Source: a virus (Duplodnaviria; Caudoviricetes). From it: DNA of 41,727 nt. A program made the position numbers and the translations under genes. Numbering within the stretch: the first letter of the stretch is position 1; each line of letters begins with the position of its first letter. The notes under the pieces are model-generated. The model saw only the letters and a program-made list of their open reading frames with translations. It had not been told where the DNA came from and ran no database searches. Below, piece by piece: positions 8,166-17,105 of the stretch. The stretch is from the IMG/VR virus record IMGVR_UViG_3300047545_000413, positions 1-41,727 of that record; one strand, written 5' to 3'.

Positions 8166-10280
8166 ATGAATTTAAGCGTAGATCTCAGTATTCCACAATC
8201 CGAGTTTGTTTTTGCTCCTGACAGATTTCCCGCATTTGTTGCTGGGTTCGGCTGTGTGCATCCTGATACCAAGATACACACAGAATTCGGACTTATGCGT
8301 ATCGCTGATATAACTTCTCCAATTCGAGTTCTAAGTTGGAACGAGAAAGATCAGAAATTCCAGCTTTCTCTAAGTGGTGGTGCGTTCCCAAAAGGTAGGG
8401 CGAATCTGCTCCGAGTGACAACATCGCAAGGAGAATTTGTCGCAAGCGGGCATCACCAGATTTTTTCATCCGATTATAAGTATGTACCTGTTCAGAGCCT
8501 ATCCTCGAAAGTCGAGTTGAATTTAGCTTCTCCTGACCTTGATTTGACCAAGCTGGTATCTGACCTGAAATCGTTGCCTTCAGATGGGCAGAGTTGGACT
8601 CAAAAAGACGCAGATTATTTGGGTCGTTATGCAGACGAAGCCCGTCTATATGGTCTATCACTTCTTTGGGGTCAAGATGGCGGTTCAGCTTTTGCTCCAT
8701 CACTAGACGATGCTCATAGATCACTGCTGTATTCCGATTACTCCTTTTTCTTGCGTAAGGATGGTCAATGGGTGCGGAAACCAAAACATAACCATCTCTA
8801 TCAATTCTTCTCCCAGTCTTGTAAGAGCCATTCATTTCTCCAAAAGCTGATCCTTGCTTTCTACGAGGCAGGTCAAATTGCAACATTACCTCTTGAACAT
8901 ATTTTGGCTTATCTCCGCAAAGTAAAGCGATCTCTTTCGAAGTTCTTACGCCATCGCAATACTGTGCCACTTTCTTTTGCCGTTCATTCATTTGATTCTC
9001 CTTTAATTAAAACACCAATCATACAGGTTTCGGGTGAGGAATCAAGTGCTTATTACGATATGCAGGTTTTGGACACAAATAACTATGTTTGTGAGCATGG
9101 ATTCATTCACCACAACTCAGGTAAAACCAACGCTGGTATTTGGAGGTTATTACGCCTCAAGTTCATGTACCCAAAACAGAATGTGGCTTGGTATCTCCCT
9201 ACCTACGACTTGATCTCTAAAATTGCTTATCCTCGCTTTGCTGAGATATTAGGTGAAAACAATATCGAGTATCAACTCAATAAACAGGACAATATTCTGC
9301 ATTTAGCTGGTGGACAGGTTATATTTCGTACCCTAGACGCTCCAGAACGAATCGTGGGTTATGAGGTTGCTGATTCCGTAGTGGATGAGCTAGACACTCT
9401 ACCAATGGAGAAGGCTAAGAACGCATGGCGAGCCATTATTGCTCGTAACCGTCAAAAGAAGCCTGATGGAGAACCGAATACCGTAGGGGTTACTACCACC
9501 CCAGAAGGATTTAAGTTTGTATATGAACGGTGGGAGCGTAACCCTGCCGAAGGCTATAGAATCATCCGAGCATCTACGCTGTCGAACGCTCACAATCTGC
9601 CAGCCGATTATATTCAGACATTAACAGAGGCTTATCCTGCTAATCTCCTAGAAGCCTATTTAAACGGTCATTTTGTAAATATGACCCAAGGATCGGTCTA
9701 TCCAGACTTTAATCGATACGATAATTACTGCGATACACAAATTAAAGCATTTGAACCATTGCACTTTGGGATGGACTTCAATGTGGGGAACACTTCAGCA
9801 GTCGGTTTCGTCTATAGAAATCAAGATCCTCATGCTGTTATTGAGTTCACAAAGGTATTAGATACGCCAGCAATGATTACCTATCTCAATCGCTTAAAAG
9901 GAGAAGGACACCCCATTTACATTTATCCTGATGCGTCTGGTAGCTGGAGAAAATCGAATAATGCGTCACAATCCGATCTTTCGCTATTGCGAAACGCAGG
10001 GTTTACCGTCTTAGTTAATCCAAGAAATCCTCAAATTCGTGATCGAGTGCTTGCTGTAAATAACTTAATCCATAATAATGGAGTGCGTAGGTTAAAAGTA
10101 AACACAGACAATTGCCCGTCTTTAACTGAATCGTTTGAAAGACAGGCGTATGATACAAATGGCGATCCTGATAAAAAGTCAGGCTTAGACCATGTAATAG
10201 ACGGTGCAGGGTACTTTTTAAGTTATAAACACCCAATTCAGGGAATTGCGGTTCAGCGAATGAAGTTAATGGGGTTATAA
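8166..10280 (+). CDS. terL: Terminase large subunit, intein-containing (704-aa precursor, 416 aa after splicing)
   Basis: Walker A AGFG|SGKT split by the intein; Walker B VVDELD; TTTPEG coupling motif; RNase H-like nuclease motifs GMDFN and DHVIDG. Confidence 0.93.
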   Translation: MNLSVDLSIPQSEFVFAPDRFPAFVAGFGCVHPDTKIHTEFGLMRIADITSPIRVLSWNEKDQKFQLSLSGGAFPKGRANLLRVTTSQGEFVASGHHQIFSSDYKYVPVQSLSSKVELNLASPDLDLTKLVSDLKSLPSDGQSWTQKDADYLGRYADEARLYGLSLLWGQDGGSAFAPSLDDAHRSLLYSDYSFFLRKDGQWVRKPKHNHLYQFFSQSCKSHSFLQKLILAFYEAGQIATLPLEHILAYLRKVKRSLSKFLRHRNTVPLSFAVHSFDSPLIKTPIIQVSGEESSAYYDMQVLDTNNYVCEHGFIHHNSGKTNAGIWRLLRLKFMYPKQNVAWYLPTYDLISKIAYPRFAEILGENNIEYQLNKQDNILHLAGGQVIFRTLDAPERIVGYEVADSVVDELDTLPMEKAKNAWRAIIARNRQKKPDGEPNTVGVTTTPEGFKFVYERWERNPAEGYRIIRASTLSNAHNLPADYIQTLTEAYPANLLEAYLNGHFVNMTQGSVYPDFNRYDNYCDTQIKAFEPLHFGMDFNVGNTSAVGFVYRNQDPHAVIEFTKVLDTPAMITYLNRLKGEGHPIYIYPDASGSWRKSNNASQSDLSLLRNAGFTVLVNPRNPQIRDRVLAVNNLIHNNGVRRLKVNTDNCPSLTESFERQAYDTNGDPDKKSGLDHVIDGAGYFLSYKHPIQGIAVQRMKLMGL
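8293..8991 (-). CDS. HNH homing endonuclease encoded antisense inside the intein
   Basis: GY...P.DHP...YEHRLVMEQKLNRHLDPKEVIDHIDGLRLHNDPNNLRLF is a typical phage HNH core; HTH-like N-terminus (TSKEIALLCG); AAGGAG 6 nt upstream of the ATG. Confidence 0.85.
   Translation of the reverse strand: MNERQKKVAQYCDGVRTSKEIALLCGDKPKYVQEVMLQFDLPRRKQGSAFGEMNGSYKTGRRIDRDGYVLVSAPIDHPYARKRSNRNTAVIYEHRLVMEQKLNRHLDPKEVIDHIDGLRLHNDPNNLRLFESNSAHLKATISGQIPAWSNQGQEKLNSTRLSRIGSEQVHTYNRMKKSGDARLRQILLAMLSLGADSPYLLGTHHHLEKAGISDLSRSNLELELEKLYQRYA
8998..9045 (-). promoter_or_regulatory. Candidate sigma70 promoter and RBS for the antisense HNH gene
   Basis: Minus strand: TTGATT (9045-9040), 16 nt, TATGAT (9023-9018), then AAGGAG (9003-8998), 6 nt, ATG. 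Confidence 0.55.
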
Positions 10281-11678
10281 ATGAAGCCAAACACAACCAA
10301 CTCTGAATACGATGAATATTATCCTTTATGGGAAACGGTAGAGGATGTTTTAGAGGGTGAAGATGAAGTACACAAAGAAGGTAAAAAGTATCTTCCGATG
10401 TTGAGTGGTCAAAGTCCACAGGAATATAACTCGTATGTAATGCGAACTCCGTTCTACAACGCAACTGCTCGTACCAGAGATGGTTTGCTAGGAATGATCT
10501 TTCGCAAAGCTCCTACCGTCACTCCGACAGTTGGAATGGAAGCGATCCTAGACGATATTACGCTCGACAACACCACCATCAGTGAATTGGCTGAACGCAT
10601 TACTAGCGAATTACTAGGCATTGGTCGTATGGGCATTTTAGTTGAATACCCAAAGCAAATTGAGGGTGTAGTTACTTTGGCTGATGCGTCAGCAAACAAC
10701 TTGCGCCCGTATGTAACGACATACGAAGCCGAGCAAATTATCAACTGGCGTTTAGAGCGCATTAACAATGTTCTTCAGCCCGTAATGATTGCGCTAGAAG
10801 AAGAAGTCAGCGTTTGGGAAAACGACTTTGAAACAGAGGAAGTAGAACAGATCCGAGTTCTTATTTTGCGTGATGGCATTTATACGCAAGAGGTTTATCG
10901 TGAGATACAAGACGATAAGGGCAATAAGACATGGGTATTAGTGGAAAGCGTTGTGCCACTCAAAGCTGGTCAGCCACTAAACATGATTCCTTTTATCTGC
11001 ATGAACGCAAAAGGTGTTGGCATGGAAGTTTGCAAGCCACCTATGTATGATTTGGCTACTTTAAACCTATCCCACTACCGTACTTCTGCTGACTTAGAGC
11101 ATGGAGCGCACTTTACTGGTTTGCCTACCGCAGTTATCACAGGCTATCAGCCAGAGAGCAAGGGCGAAACATTCTCTATCGGCTCTGCAAATGCTTGGGT
11201 GTTTCCTGATCCTTCTGCCAATGCAAAGTACCTTGAATTTACAGGTCAAGGCTTAGAGTCTTTGCGCCAGATCAAAAAAGACAAAGAAGATAACTTAGCC
11301 ATTCTTGGCGCAAGGATGCTTGCCCCAGAAAAGAAACAAAGTGAAGCTGCCAACACGGTTCGGATGCGTCACTCTGGCGATGGTGCGATTCTCAGTGCGA
11401 TTAGTAATGCGGTTAGCCAAGGGCTTAATAAAGCATTGGAAATCATGGCAGATTGGGAAGGCGCAGAAGCCCCCACTATTTCGCTAAACGAAGATTACTT
11501 AGATCAGCCATTATCTGCACAAGACTTACAGGCTTTGGTACAGGCTTGGCAAATGGGTGCTATTTCTGACGAAACATTGTTCTACAACTTCAAGGTTGGT
11601 GAGATTGTTGAAGAAAATGTAACATTTGAGGATGAGCAATCTCGTATCGCTAACCAGCCTCCTAGACTTATCGCATGA
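10281..11678 (+). CDS. Portal protein (DUF4055-like)
   Basis: 465 aa directly after terL; motifs YNATART, NLSHYRTSAD and LGARML. Confidence 0.85.
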   Translation: MKPNTTNSEYDEYYPLWETVEDVLEGEDEVHKEGKKYLPMLSGQSPQEYNSYVMRTPFYNATARTRDGLLGMIFRKAPTVTPTVGMEAILDDITLDNTTISELAERITSELLGIGRMGILVEYPKQIEGVVTLADASANNLRPYVTTYEAEQIINWRLERINNVLQPVMIALEEEVSVWENDFETEEVEQIRVLILRDGIYTQEVYREIQDDKGNKTWVLVESVVPLKAGQPLNMIPFICMNAKGVGMEVCKPPMYDLATLNLSHYRTSADLEHGAHFTGLPTAVITGYQPESKGETFSIGSANAWVFPDPSANAKYLEFTGQGLESLRQIKKDKEDNLAILGARMLAPEKKQSEAANTVRMRHSGDGAILSAISNAVSQGLNKALEIMADWEGAEAPTISLNEDYLDQPLSAQDLQALVQAWQMGAISDETLFYNFKVGEIVEENVTFEDEQSRIANQPPRLIA

Positions 11679-12691
11679 TTAATGACGAATTAGCAAGTGA
11701 AATCATTAGCAGGGAATTAGACCTAAATAGGTATGATGCCTCACTGCGGAAAAAAGTGATTTCCTTGCTCAAGGACTTGGATGACGATATTCAGTCCAAA
11801 CTCAAGGGCAACATATCCGAATGGAACAAAACTCGCTTAAATGAGCAATTGCGTTTAATGCGTGAGTCAATTGCCGACTATTATGCTCAAATTAACGATT
11901 TAACCAAGGAAGAATTTGCTGGGCTTGCTGTTTCCGAGGCTAAATTCCTGCAAACTACAGTCAATACGCTAACTGGCGTAGATATGTTTAGCTCCCTGCC
12001 TAGCGCAAACCAATTGGCTATCTTGGCAGAGCAATCTCAAGTACAAGGTGCTGTTTCATCTTCTTGGTGGGCAAGACAAGGCTCAGATGTGTACTTTAGA
12101 GTAGCCACTCAAATTCGCATGGGATATGGTTCTGGTGAAAGCATTGGGAATATCGCAGAGCGTGTACAAAAACAAATGGATATTGGTAAGCGTAATGCTG
12201 AAGCAGTAGTACGCACTTCAGTACACACTATTTCATCTAAAGCTAGAGAACGGATGTATAAGGAAAACTCTAGCGTTATAAAAGGTAAAGTATATGTTGC
12301 TGTTTTGGATAATAGGACTTCTATTCAGTGCATTGCTTATGACGGCTCTGTTTACGATATGGATAATCAACCAATCGGCAAAAAATCGCTACCTTACAAG
12401 GAACTTCCAGCCCATTGGAACTGCCGTTCAATGTATATGCCAATACTTAAATCGTTTAAAGAAATAGGAAGTGATTTTCCTGATATGCCAAAATCAACCC
12501 GTTCTAGCATGGATGGGCAAGTTCCAGAAGAAACTACTTTTAAAGACTTCCTTGAAAAAAAGGGTAAAGCCTTTCAAGATGAGGTCTTGGGCAAGGGAAA
12601 AGCGCAATTATGGCGTGATGGAAAAATCACATTACAGCAATTATTAGATCAAACTGGAAACCCAATTCCATTAAAGGAACTAGACAAGTAA
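11675..12691 (+). CDS. Minor head (morphogenesis) protein, Mu gpF / SPP1 gp7-like
   Basis: LDNRTS..C and PAHWNCRS motifs; follows the portal. Confidence 0.85.
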   Translation: MINDELASEIISRELDLNRYDASLRKKVISLLKDLDDDIQSKLKGNISEWNKTRLNEQLRLMRESIADYYAQINDLTKEEFAGLAVSEAKFLQTTVNTLTGVDMFSSLPSANQLAILAEQSQVQGAVSSSWWARQGSDVYFRVATQIRMGYGSGESIGNIAERVQKQMDIGKRNAEAVVRTSVHTISSKARERMYKENSSVIKGKVYVAVLDNRTSIQCIAYDGSVYDMDNQPIGKKSLPYKELPAHWNCRSMYMPILKSFKEIGSDFPDMPKSTRSSMDGQVPEETTFKDFLEKKGKAFQDEVLGKGKAQLWRDGKITLQQLLDQTGNPIPLKELDK

Positions 12692-12758
12692 TTTATTTCG
12701 TTTCATAATGCAGTTGTATCAATTTGGTCAGTGACCTAACAATGTTCGGAGAACACAA

Positions 12759-13388
12759 ATGAGTATTGATTTAAACGCACCAGAGGTGCAAGAAGCCATA
12801 AAAAAAGCAGCAGAAGAAGCAACATCAGGTTTGATTTCTAAGCGTGATGAGTTATTAGCCGAAGTTAAGAAGTTGCGAAAGAACCAAGAGATTAAGCCAG
12901 AACAGTTGGAAGATCTGGAAAATCAACTGGAAACTTACAAAACTAAACTTTCTGAAGCTGAGAAACAAGCTAAAGCTATTGCTCAAGAAGCCGAAAAGGT
13001 TAAGAAACTGTATGAGGCTGAAAGTGGTTTTACCAATAACTTACTGGTTGAGAATGGTTTAAACGAAGCTCTAGTAAAAGAGGGAATCGCAAAACAGTTT
13101 TTACCAGCAGTTAAATCAATGCTTAAAAATCAGGTACAGGTTAAGGTTGAAGGTAACGAGCGTAAGGCAGTTATTGGAGATAAGCCATTATCTGATTTCG
13201 TCAGTGAATGGTCTAAGAGTGAAGAAGGCAAGCATTTTATTGCTGCTCCTGCTAACTCTGGAGGCGGTTCTAATGGCGGTGGAGATGCAAAAGGCGCAGC
13301 TAAAACTATGCCTAGGTCACAGTTTGATGGGATTAGTTCAGCAGAAAAGAACTCATTTCTGAAAGACGGTGGAAAAATTATTGATTAA
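12759..13388 (+). CDS. Capsid scaffolding protein
   Basis: Coiled-coil, Gly-rich linker near the C-terminus; directly before the major capsid gene. Confidence 0.7.
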   Translation: MSIDLNAPEVQEAIKKAAEEATSGLISKRDELLAEVKKLRKNQEIKPEQLEDLENQLETYKTKLSEAEKQAKAIAQEAEKVKKLYEAESGFTNNLLVENGLNEALVKEGIAKQFLPAVKSMLKNQVQVKVEGNERKAVIGDKPLSDFVSEWSKSEEGKHFIAAPANSGGGSNGGGDAKGAAKTMPRSQFDGISSAEKNSFLKDGGKIID

Positions 13389-13402
13389 ATTGGAGAATTA
13401 AA

Positions 13403-14548
13403 ATGGCTAATGTATTATCAAATCTAGCAGCAGATATTTTCAAGGCAGCCGACATTGTAGGTCGTGAGCAAATTGGCTTTATTCCTTCTGTAACGATCAA
13501 CTCTACCGAGTCAGTTCGTGCAGCCAAGGGCGATACCATTCGTTCCGCATTTACTCGTCAAGCTACGGTTAGCGAAAGCTACAACCCAAGCATGGCATTG
13601 CCAGAGCCAACCTATCAAACTGTTGATAGCAAGACTTTCTCGATCAACAACTACGCTGAAGTGGATATTCCTTTCACTGGTGAAGATGTTAAGCACTTGC
13701 AAAACGGTGCTGGCTTTGAAACCGTTTATGGCGATCAAATCGCTCAAGCGATGCGTGCTATTACCAACAAGATTGAGCAATATGTTGGCGTAACCGCTAA
13801 AAATGGTTCTAATCGTGCTTTTGGTACTGCTGGCACAACTCCTTTCGGCTCTAACTTCAATGAAGTTGCTGAGATCCGTAAGATTCTCGTTGATAGCGGT
13901 ATGCCTTTAGATGGTCGTGCAACTTTGGTAATTGATTCGGCTGCTGGCGTAAAGCTACGCAACTTGGCTCAACTCCAAAAGGCTAATGAGGCTGGTGGCT
14001 CACAATTGCTCCGTCAGGGTACTTTGCTTGACCTGCAAGGCTTGATGTTTAAAGAGTCTGCTGGTATTGCAAGTCACACTGCTGGTACAGGCGCAAATTA
14101 TGTAACTAATGGCACTTTTGCAGTAGGTGCAACCTCCATTGCTGTTGATGGCGGAACTGGCACTGTATTGGCTGGCGATGTTGTTACATTTAATGGTGAT
14201 ACCAACAAGTATGTTGTTGCTACAGCTTTGACTGCTGGAACTTTGGTTCTTGCTGGCACAGGCTTACGCAAAGCTCTTGCTGATGGCGTTGCAATGACTG
14301 TTGGTGCTGCCTATACAGGTAACATCGCTTTCCATCAAGCAGCTATCGAACTCGTATGCCGCCCTGTAGCTGGTCGTGGCGTAGGACAAGATGCAGCAAT
14401 TGATTCGATGACTGTTCAAGATCCTGTTTCTGGCTTGGTATATGATGTTTCTGTATATGCTGGTAACATGATGAAAAACATCAAAGTTTCTTGCTTGTAC
14501 GATGCAAAAGTATGGAAACCAGAGTTTGTTGCAACCTTGTTAGGCTGA
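13403..14548 (+). CDS. Major capsid protein (P22 coat-like, HK97 fold)
   Basis: 381 aa, GGAG RBS, position after the scaffold, followed by a terminator. Confidence 0.85.
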   Translation: MANVLSNLAADIFKAADIVGREQIGFIPSVTINSTESVRAAKGDTIRSAFTRQATVSESYNPSMALPEPTYQTVDSKTFSINNYAEVDIPFTGEDVKHLQNGAGFETVYGDQIAQAMRAITNKIEQYVGVTAKNGSNRAFGTAGTTPFGSNFNEVAEIRKILVDSGMPLDGRATLVIDSAAGVKLRNLAQLQKANEAGGSQLLRQGTLLDLQGLMFKESAGIASHTAGTGANYVTNGTFAVGATSIAVDGGTGTVLAGDVVTFNGDTNKYVVATALTAGTLVLAGTGLRKALADGVAMTVGAAYTGNIAFHQAAIELVCRPVAGRGVGQDAAIDSMTVQDPVSGLVYDVSVYAGNMMKNIKVSCLYDAKVWKPEFVATLLG

Positions 14549-14567
14549 TCTTAGTCTAGCTAGATAT

Positions 14568-14598
14568 AAGGGGTGGCTCAAAAGGCTACCCCTTTTTT
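14568..14598 (+). terminator. Rho-independent terminator after the capsid gene
   Basis: AAGGGGTGGC-TCAAAAG-GCTACCCCTT followed by a T run. Confidence 0.75.
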
Positions 14599-14611
14599 AT
14601 AAGGAATTATC

Positions 14612-14803
14612 ATGGGCAGACCAAAGAAAATAGTTGAAGAACTTATTACCGAAACGCCACAAGAAGAAGTAAAATTACCTAAAGCAAACTTTTCTAAGAC
14701 AGTAAGAATGGTACGATCTGGAGATTATCCAATGCCAAGAACAGCTAATGTCCACTTAGAAGAAGTTGCCAACTGGGAACAACATGGGTGGGTTAAAGAA
14801 TGA
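14612..14803 (+). CDS. Small hypothetical (head-associated) protein
   Basis: AAGGA RBS; ATGA overlap with the next gene. Confidence 0.6.
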   Translation: MGRPKKIVEELITETPQEEVKLPKANFSKTVRMVRSGDYPMPRTANVHLEEVANWEQHGWVKE

Positions 14804-15357
14804 CACAAAGATTCGGTTTGCCAAAGTGGGTTTGGACAGATAATCCAGATAATCCTTTCGGACAGTCACGCCTACAAGTAGATGTAGGGCAAACTGGGTT
14901 TTTTACTGGTCGTGAGTTTAGAACATTTTATGAGTTCAGCATACCAACAGCCCAAACAATTTATATAAAAGCGGTTGCTAACACTGATACATTCGTTCAG
15001 CAATTTTTGGTTGATTTATTTACAGCAGACTTGCGAGTAGAGTTAATTGCTGGTGGAACTGAAGGCGGGACATTTAGCACATCACTCCCTATTTTACGGG
15101 TTAATGGCACAAACACATCATATGAAAGCCAAGTGGTAATGAGTACTGGTGGAACACAAAGCGGTGGCGTGGTGCAGGATGTTATTCAGCTTTATGCGGT
15201 TAGCAACCCAGCAAAAGGTAGCGCAGTAGAGGTAAGCACAGATTCAGTTTTGGGCTTTCCTGCGGGTACTTTTTACATTAAGCTACAAAACATTAACTCC
15301 GTTACTGCTACTGGAATATTTAAAGCCCGTTGGGAAGAAAGACCTGAAGGGGTCTAA
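14800..15357 (+). CDS. Hypothetical virion-associated beta-rich protein
   Basis: 185-aa ORF in the structural operon. Confidence 0.55.
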   Translation: MTQRFGLPKWVWTDNPDNPFGQSRLQVDVGQTGFFTGREFRTFYEFSIPTAQTIYIKAVANTDTFVQQFLVDLFTADLRVELIAGGTEGGTFSTSLPILRVNGTNTSYESQVVMSTGGTQSGGVVQDVIQLYAVSNPAKGSAVEVSTDSVLGFPAGTFYIKLQNINSVTATGIFKARWEERPEGV

Positions 15358-15368
15358 GCGAGGAAATT

Positions 15369-15890
15369 ATGGCATTAATTGTTGAAAACGGAACTGGAAT
15401 GGCTGATGCAGAAAGCTATATTTCTGTAGCTGAAGCAGATACATACCATTCCAATATTGGCAACGCAACTTGGGCTACATTGAATACGACAGTCAAGGAA
15501 CAACTATTGCGAAAAGCCACCAATTACATGGTTCAGGTCTATCGTCAGTCTTGGGCAGGTATTCGAATAAACGATACGCAATCATTAGACTTTCCTCGTT
15601 ATTTAGTTCCAAAATACGATAACGGAGCAATGTATAGCTATTACGATGAAAATTCAGTACCAAAAGAAGTAAAGGATGCCTGTGCTGAATTTGCATTAAG
15701 GGCTAATTCTGGCGCATTAGCACCAGACCTTGACAGGCTGACTAAGCGTGAAAAAATTGGTACTCTTGAGGTGGAGTATGACAATACAAGGGGCGTTCCT
15801 TTTGTTGAATATCGCTCGTTAGATAATCTTCTTTATCCTCTAATGAAGCCTACAACCTTTAGTCCATCTACACCATTGGTAAGAGCATGA
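15369..15890 (+). CDS. Head-tail adaptor (DnaT-like family)
   Basis: MALIVENGTG...AESYISVAEAD, QSLDFPR and VPKEVKDACAE motifs. Confidence 0.75.
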   Translation: MALIVENGTGMADAESYISVAEADTYHSNIGNATWATLNTTVKEQLLRKATNYMVQVYRQSWAGIRINDTQSLDFPRYLVPKYDNGAMYSYYDENSVPKEVKDACAEFALRANSGALAPDLDRLTKREKIGTLEVEYDNTRGVPFVEYRSLDNLLYPLMKPTTFSPSTPLVRA

Positions 15891-16246
15891 CATTAGATGC
15901 CAAGTTTAGACCTTTAGCCACTAAGCTATTAAAGGCTTATGGCAAATTTGTTACTTATAAAAGAACTACGCAAGCTGCGTATGATCCAGCTACGGGTACA
16001 GTTGGCACTACAACTGCCAGTTACACCATTCATGCTATGCTCCAAAATCCTGATGACAGCCAATTAGCTACAGGGCAATATAGAGTAGATCAAGTATTGG
16101 CTATGATTAGCGCAGAAGAATTAGGTATAGAGCCTAGCCCAAACGATAAAATAACCATTGATGGCGTGGACTGGAATGTATCAATGGTATCTTTTGTATC
16201 TAGCGGTGAGTTCAAGGCGTTATTTACCTGCGTTATAAACAAATGA
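15887..16246 (+). CDS. Head closure / head-tail joining protein
   Basis: Gene order; YDPATG motif; 119 aa. Confidence 0.6.
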   Translation: MTLDAKFRPLATKLLKAYGKFVTYKRTTQAAYDPATGTVGTTTASYTIHAMLQNPDDSQLATGQYRVDQVLAMISAEELGIEPSPNDKITIDGVDWNVSMVSFVSSGEFKALFTCVINK

Positions 16247-16689
16247 CTAAGCGTACTCAATTCATGGCTGATTTACGAGGCATGATTGAAGAATCTAAAG
16301 GCAATGCTGAAGATGTTGTAAAACTGGCTGCTTTAAATTTGTTTACTAAGATTGTAAATAAAACACCAGTTGATACAGGGCATTTGGTTTATAACTGGAA
16401 TTTAGACTTAAACACACCAGATAAAACCGAAAGGGATGGGGTAGATCCAAACCGTAGCAAGGCGTTAAGTACTGGCTCTAAACATATAGAAAACTTTAAA
16501 CTAGGCATTAAGCAGATTTGGATTACAAATAATGTTCAATACGCTTACGATATTGAATATGGGAAATCTAAGATTAAAGCTCCACAAGGAATGGTAAGGG
16601 TTTCCATAAGAGAATGGGATTCGATATACAAAGGTGCTGGCATGACCGTAAATAAAGGTACTGGCTCTAAACAAAACAGGTATAGATAA
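16243..16689 (+). CDS. HK97 gp10-like neck/tail-completion protein
   Basis: TPVDTG, NNVQYA..IEYG and APQGMVR motifs. Confidence 0.75.
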   Translation: MTKRTQFMADLRGMIEESKGNAEDVVKLAALNLFTKIVNKTPVDTGHLVYNWNLDLNTPDKTERDGVDPNRSKALSTGSKHIENFKLGIKQIWITNNVQYAYDIEYGKSKIKAPQGMVRVSIREWDSIYKGAGMTVNKGTGSKQNRYR

Positions 16690-17096
16690 TGAGCATTGTT
16701 AAGATTCGTGCAGCATTGGAAAGTCACTTAGCTGGAATGTCTGGCGTATTACCTACATCCTACGAAAATGCTCAGTTTCTACCCGTTTCTGGTGTAGCCT
16801 TTCAGAAGGTAAATTTACTACCAGCAGATACCGAAAACCCCAGTATAGGGGCAGAATTGCATAGAGAACTTGGTGTTTTCCAAGTTTCTTTGTATTATCC
16901 TCTTAATCAGGGCGCAACCGCTTGTGCAACAATGGCTGAAAATATCCGCACAAGATTTGCAAGAGGAACTACAATTACAAAAGATAGCGTTACTGTAATG
17001 ATTGATTCAACACCATCTATATCTAGCGGAACAGTAGATGGAGATAGATGGTTCGTTGCGGTGAGTATTAATTATTCAGCAGATATATTTATTTAG
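16689..17096 (+). CDS. Tail terminator protein
   Basis: Position before the tail tube gene; YEN..F.P and GVFQVS motifs. Confidence 0.65.
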   Translation: MSIVKIRAALESHLAGMSGVLPTSYENAQFLPVSGVAFQKVNLLPADTENPSIGAELHRELGVFQVSLYYPLNQGATACATMAENIRTRFARGTTITKDSVTVMIDSTPSISSGTVDGDRWFVAVSINYSADIFI

Positions 17097-17105
17097 GAGT
17101 AGGAC

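Larger units (their letters stand above)
8253..9116 (+). mobile_element. Intein (288 aa) inserted in the terminase Walker A motif
   Basis: Block A CVHPDTKI (TGT at 8253); block B FVASGHHQIF; block F YYDMQV; block G NYVCEHGFIHHN followed by Ser+1; removal restores GFGSGKT. Confidence 0.93.

Noticed and set aside
8610-8690. Weak LAGLIDADG-like strings in the intein frame (YLGRYADEA, LLWGQDGGS)
   Set aside because: Poor match and wrong spacing; they lie exactly opposite the much clearer HNH core on the minus strand, so they are probably coincidental.
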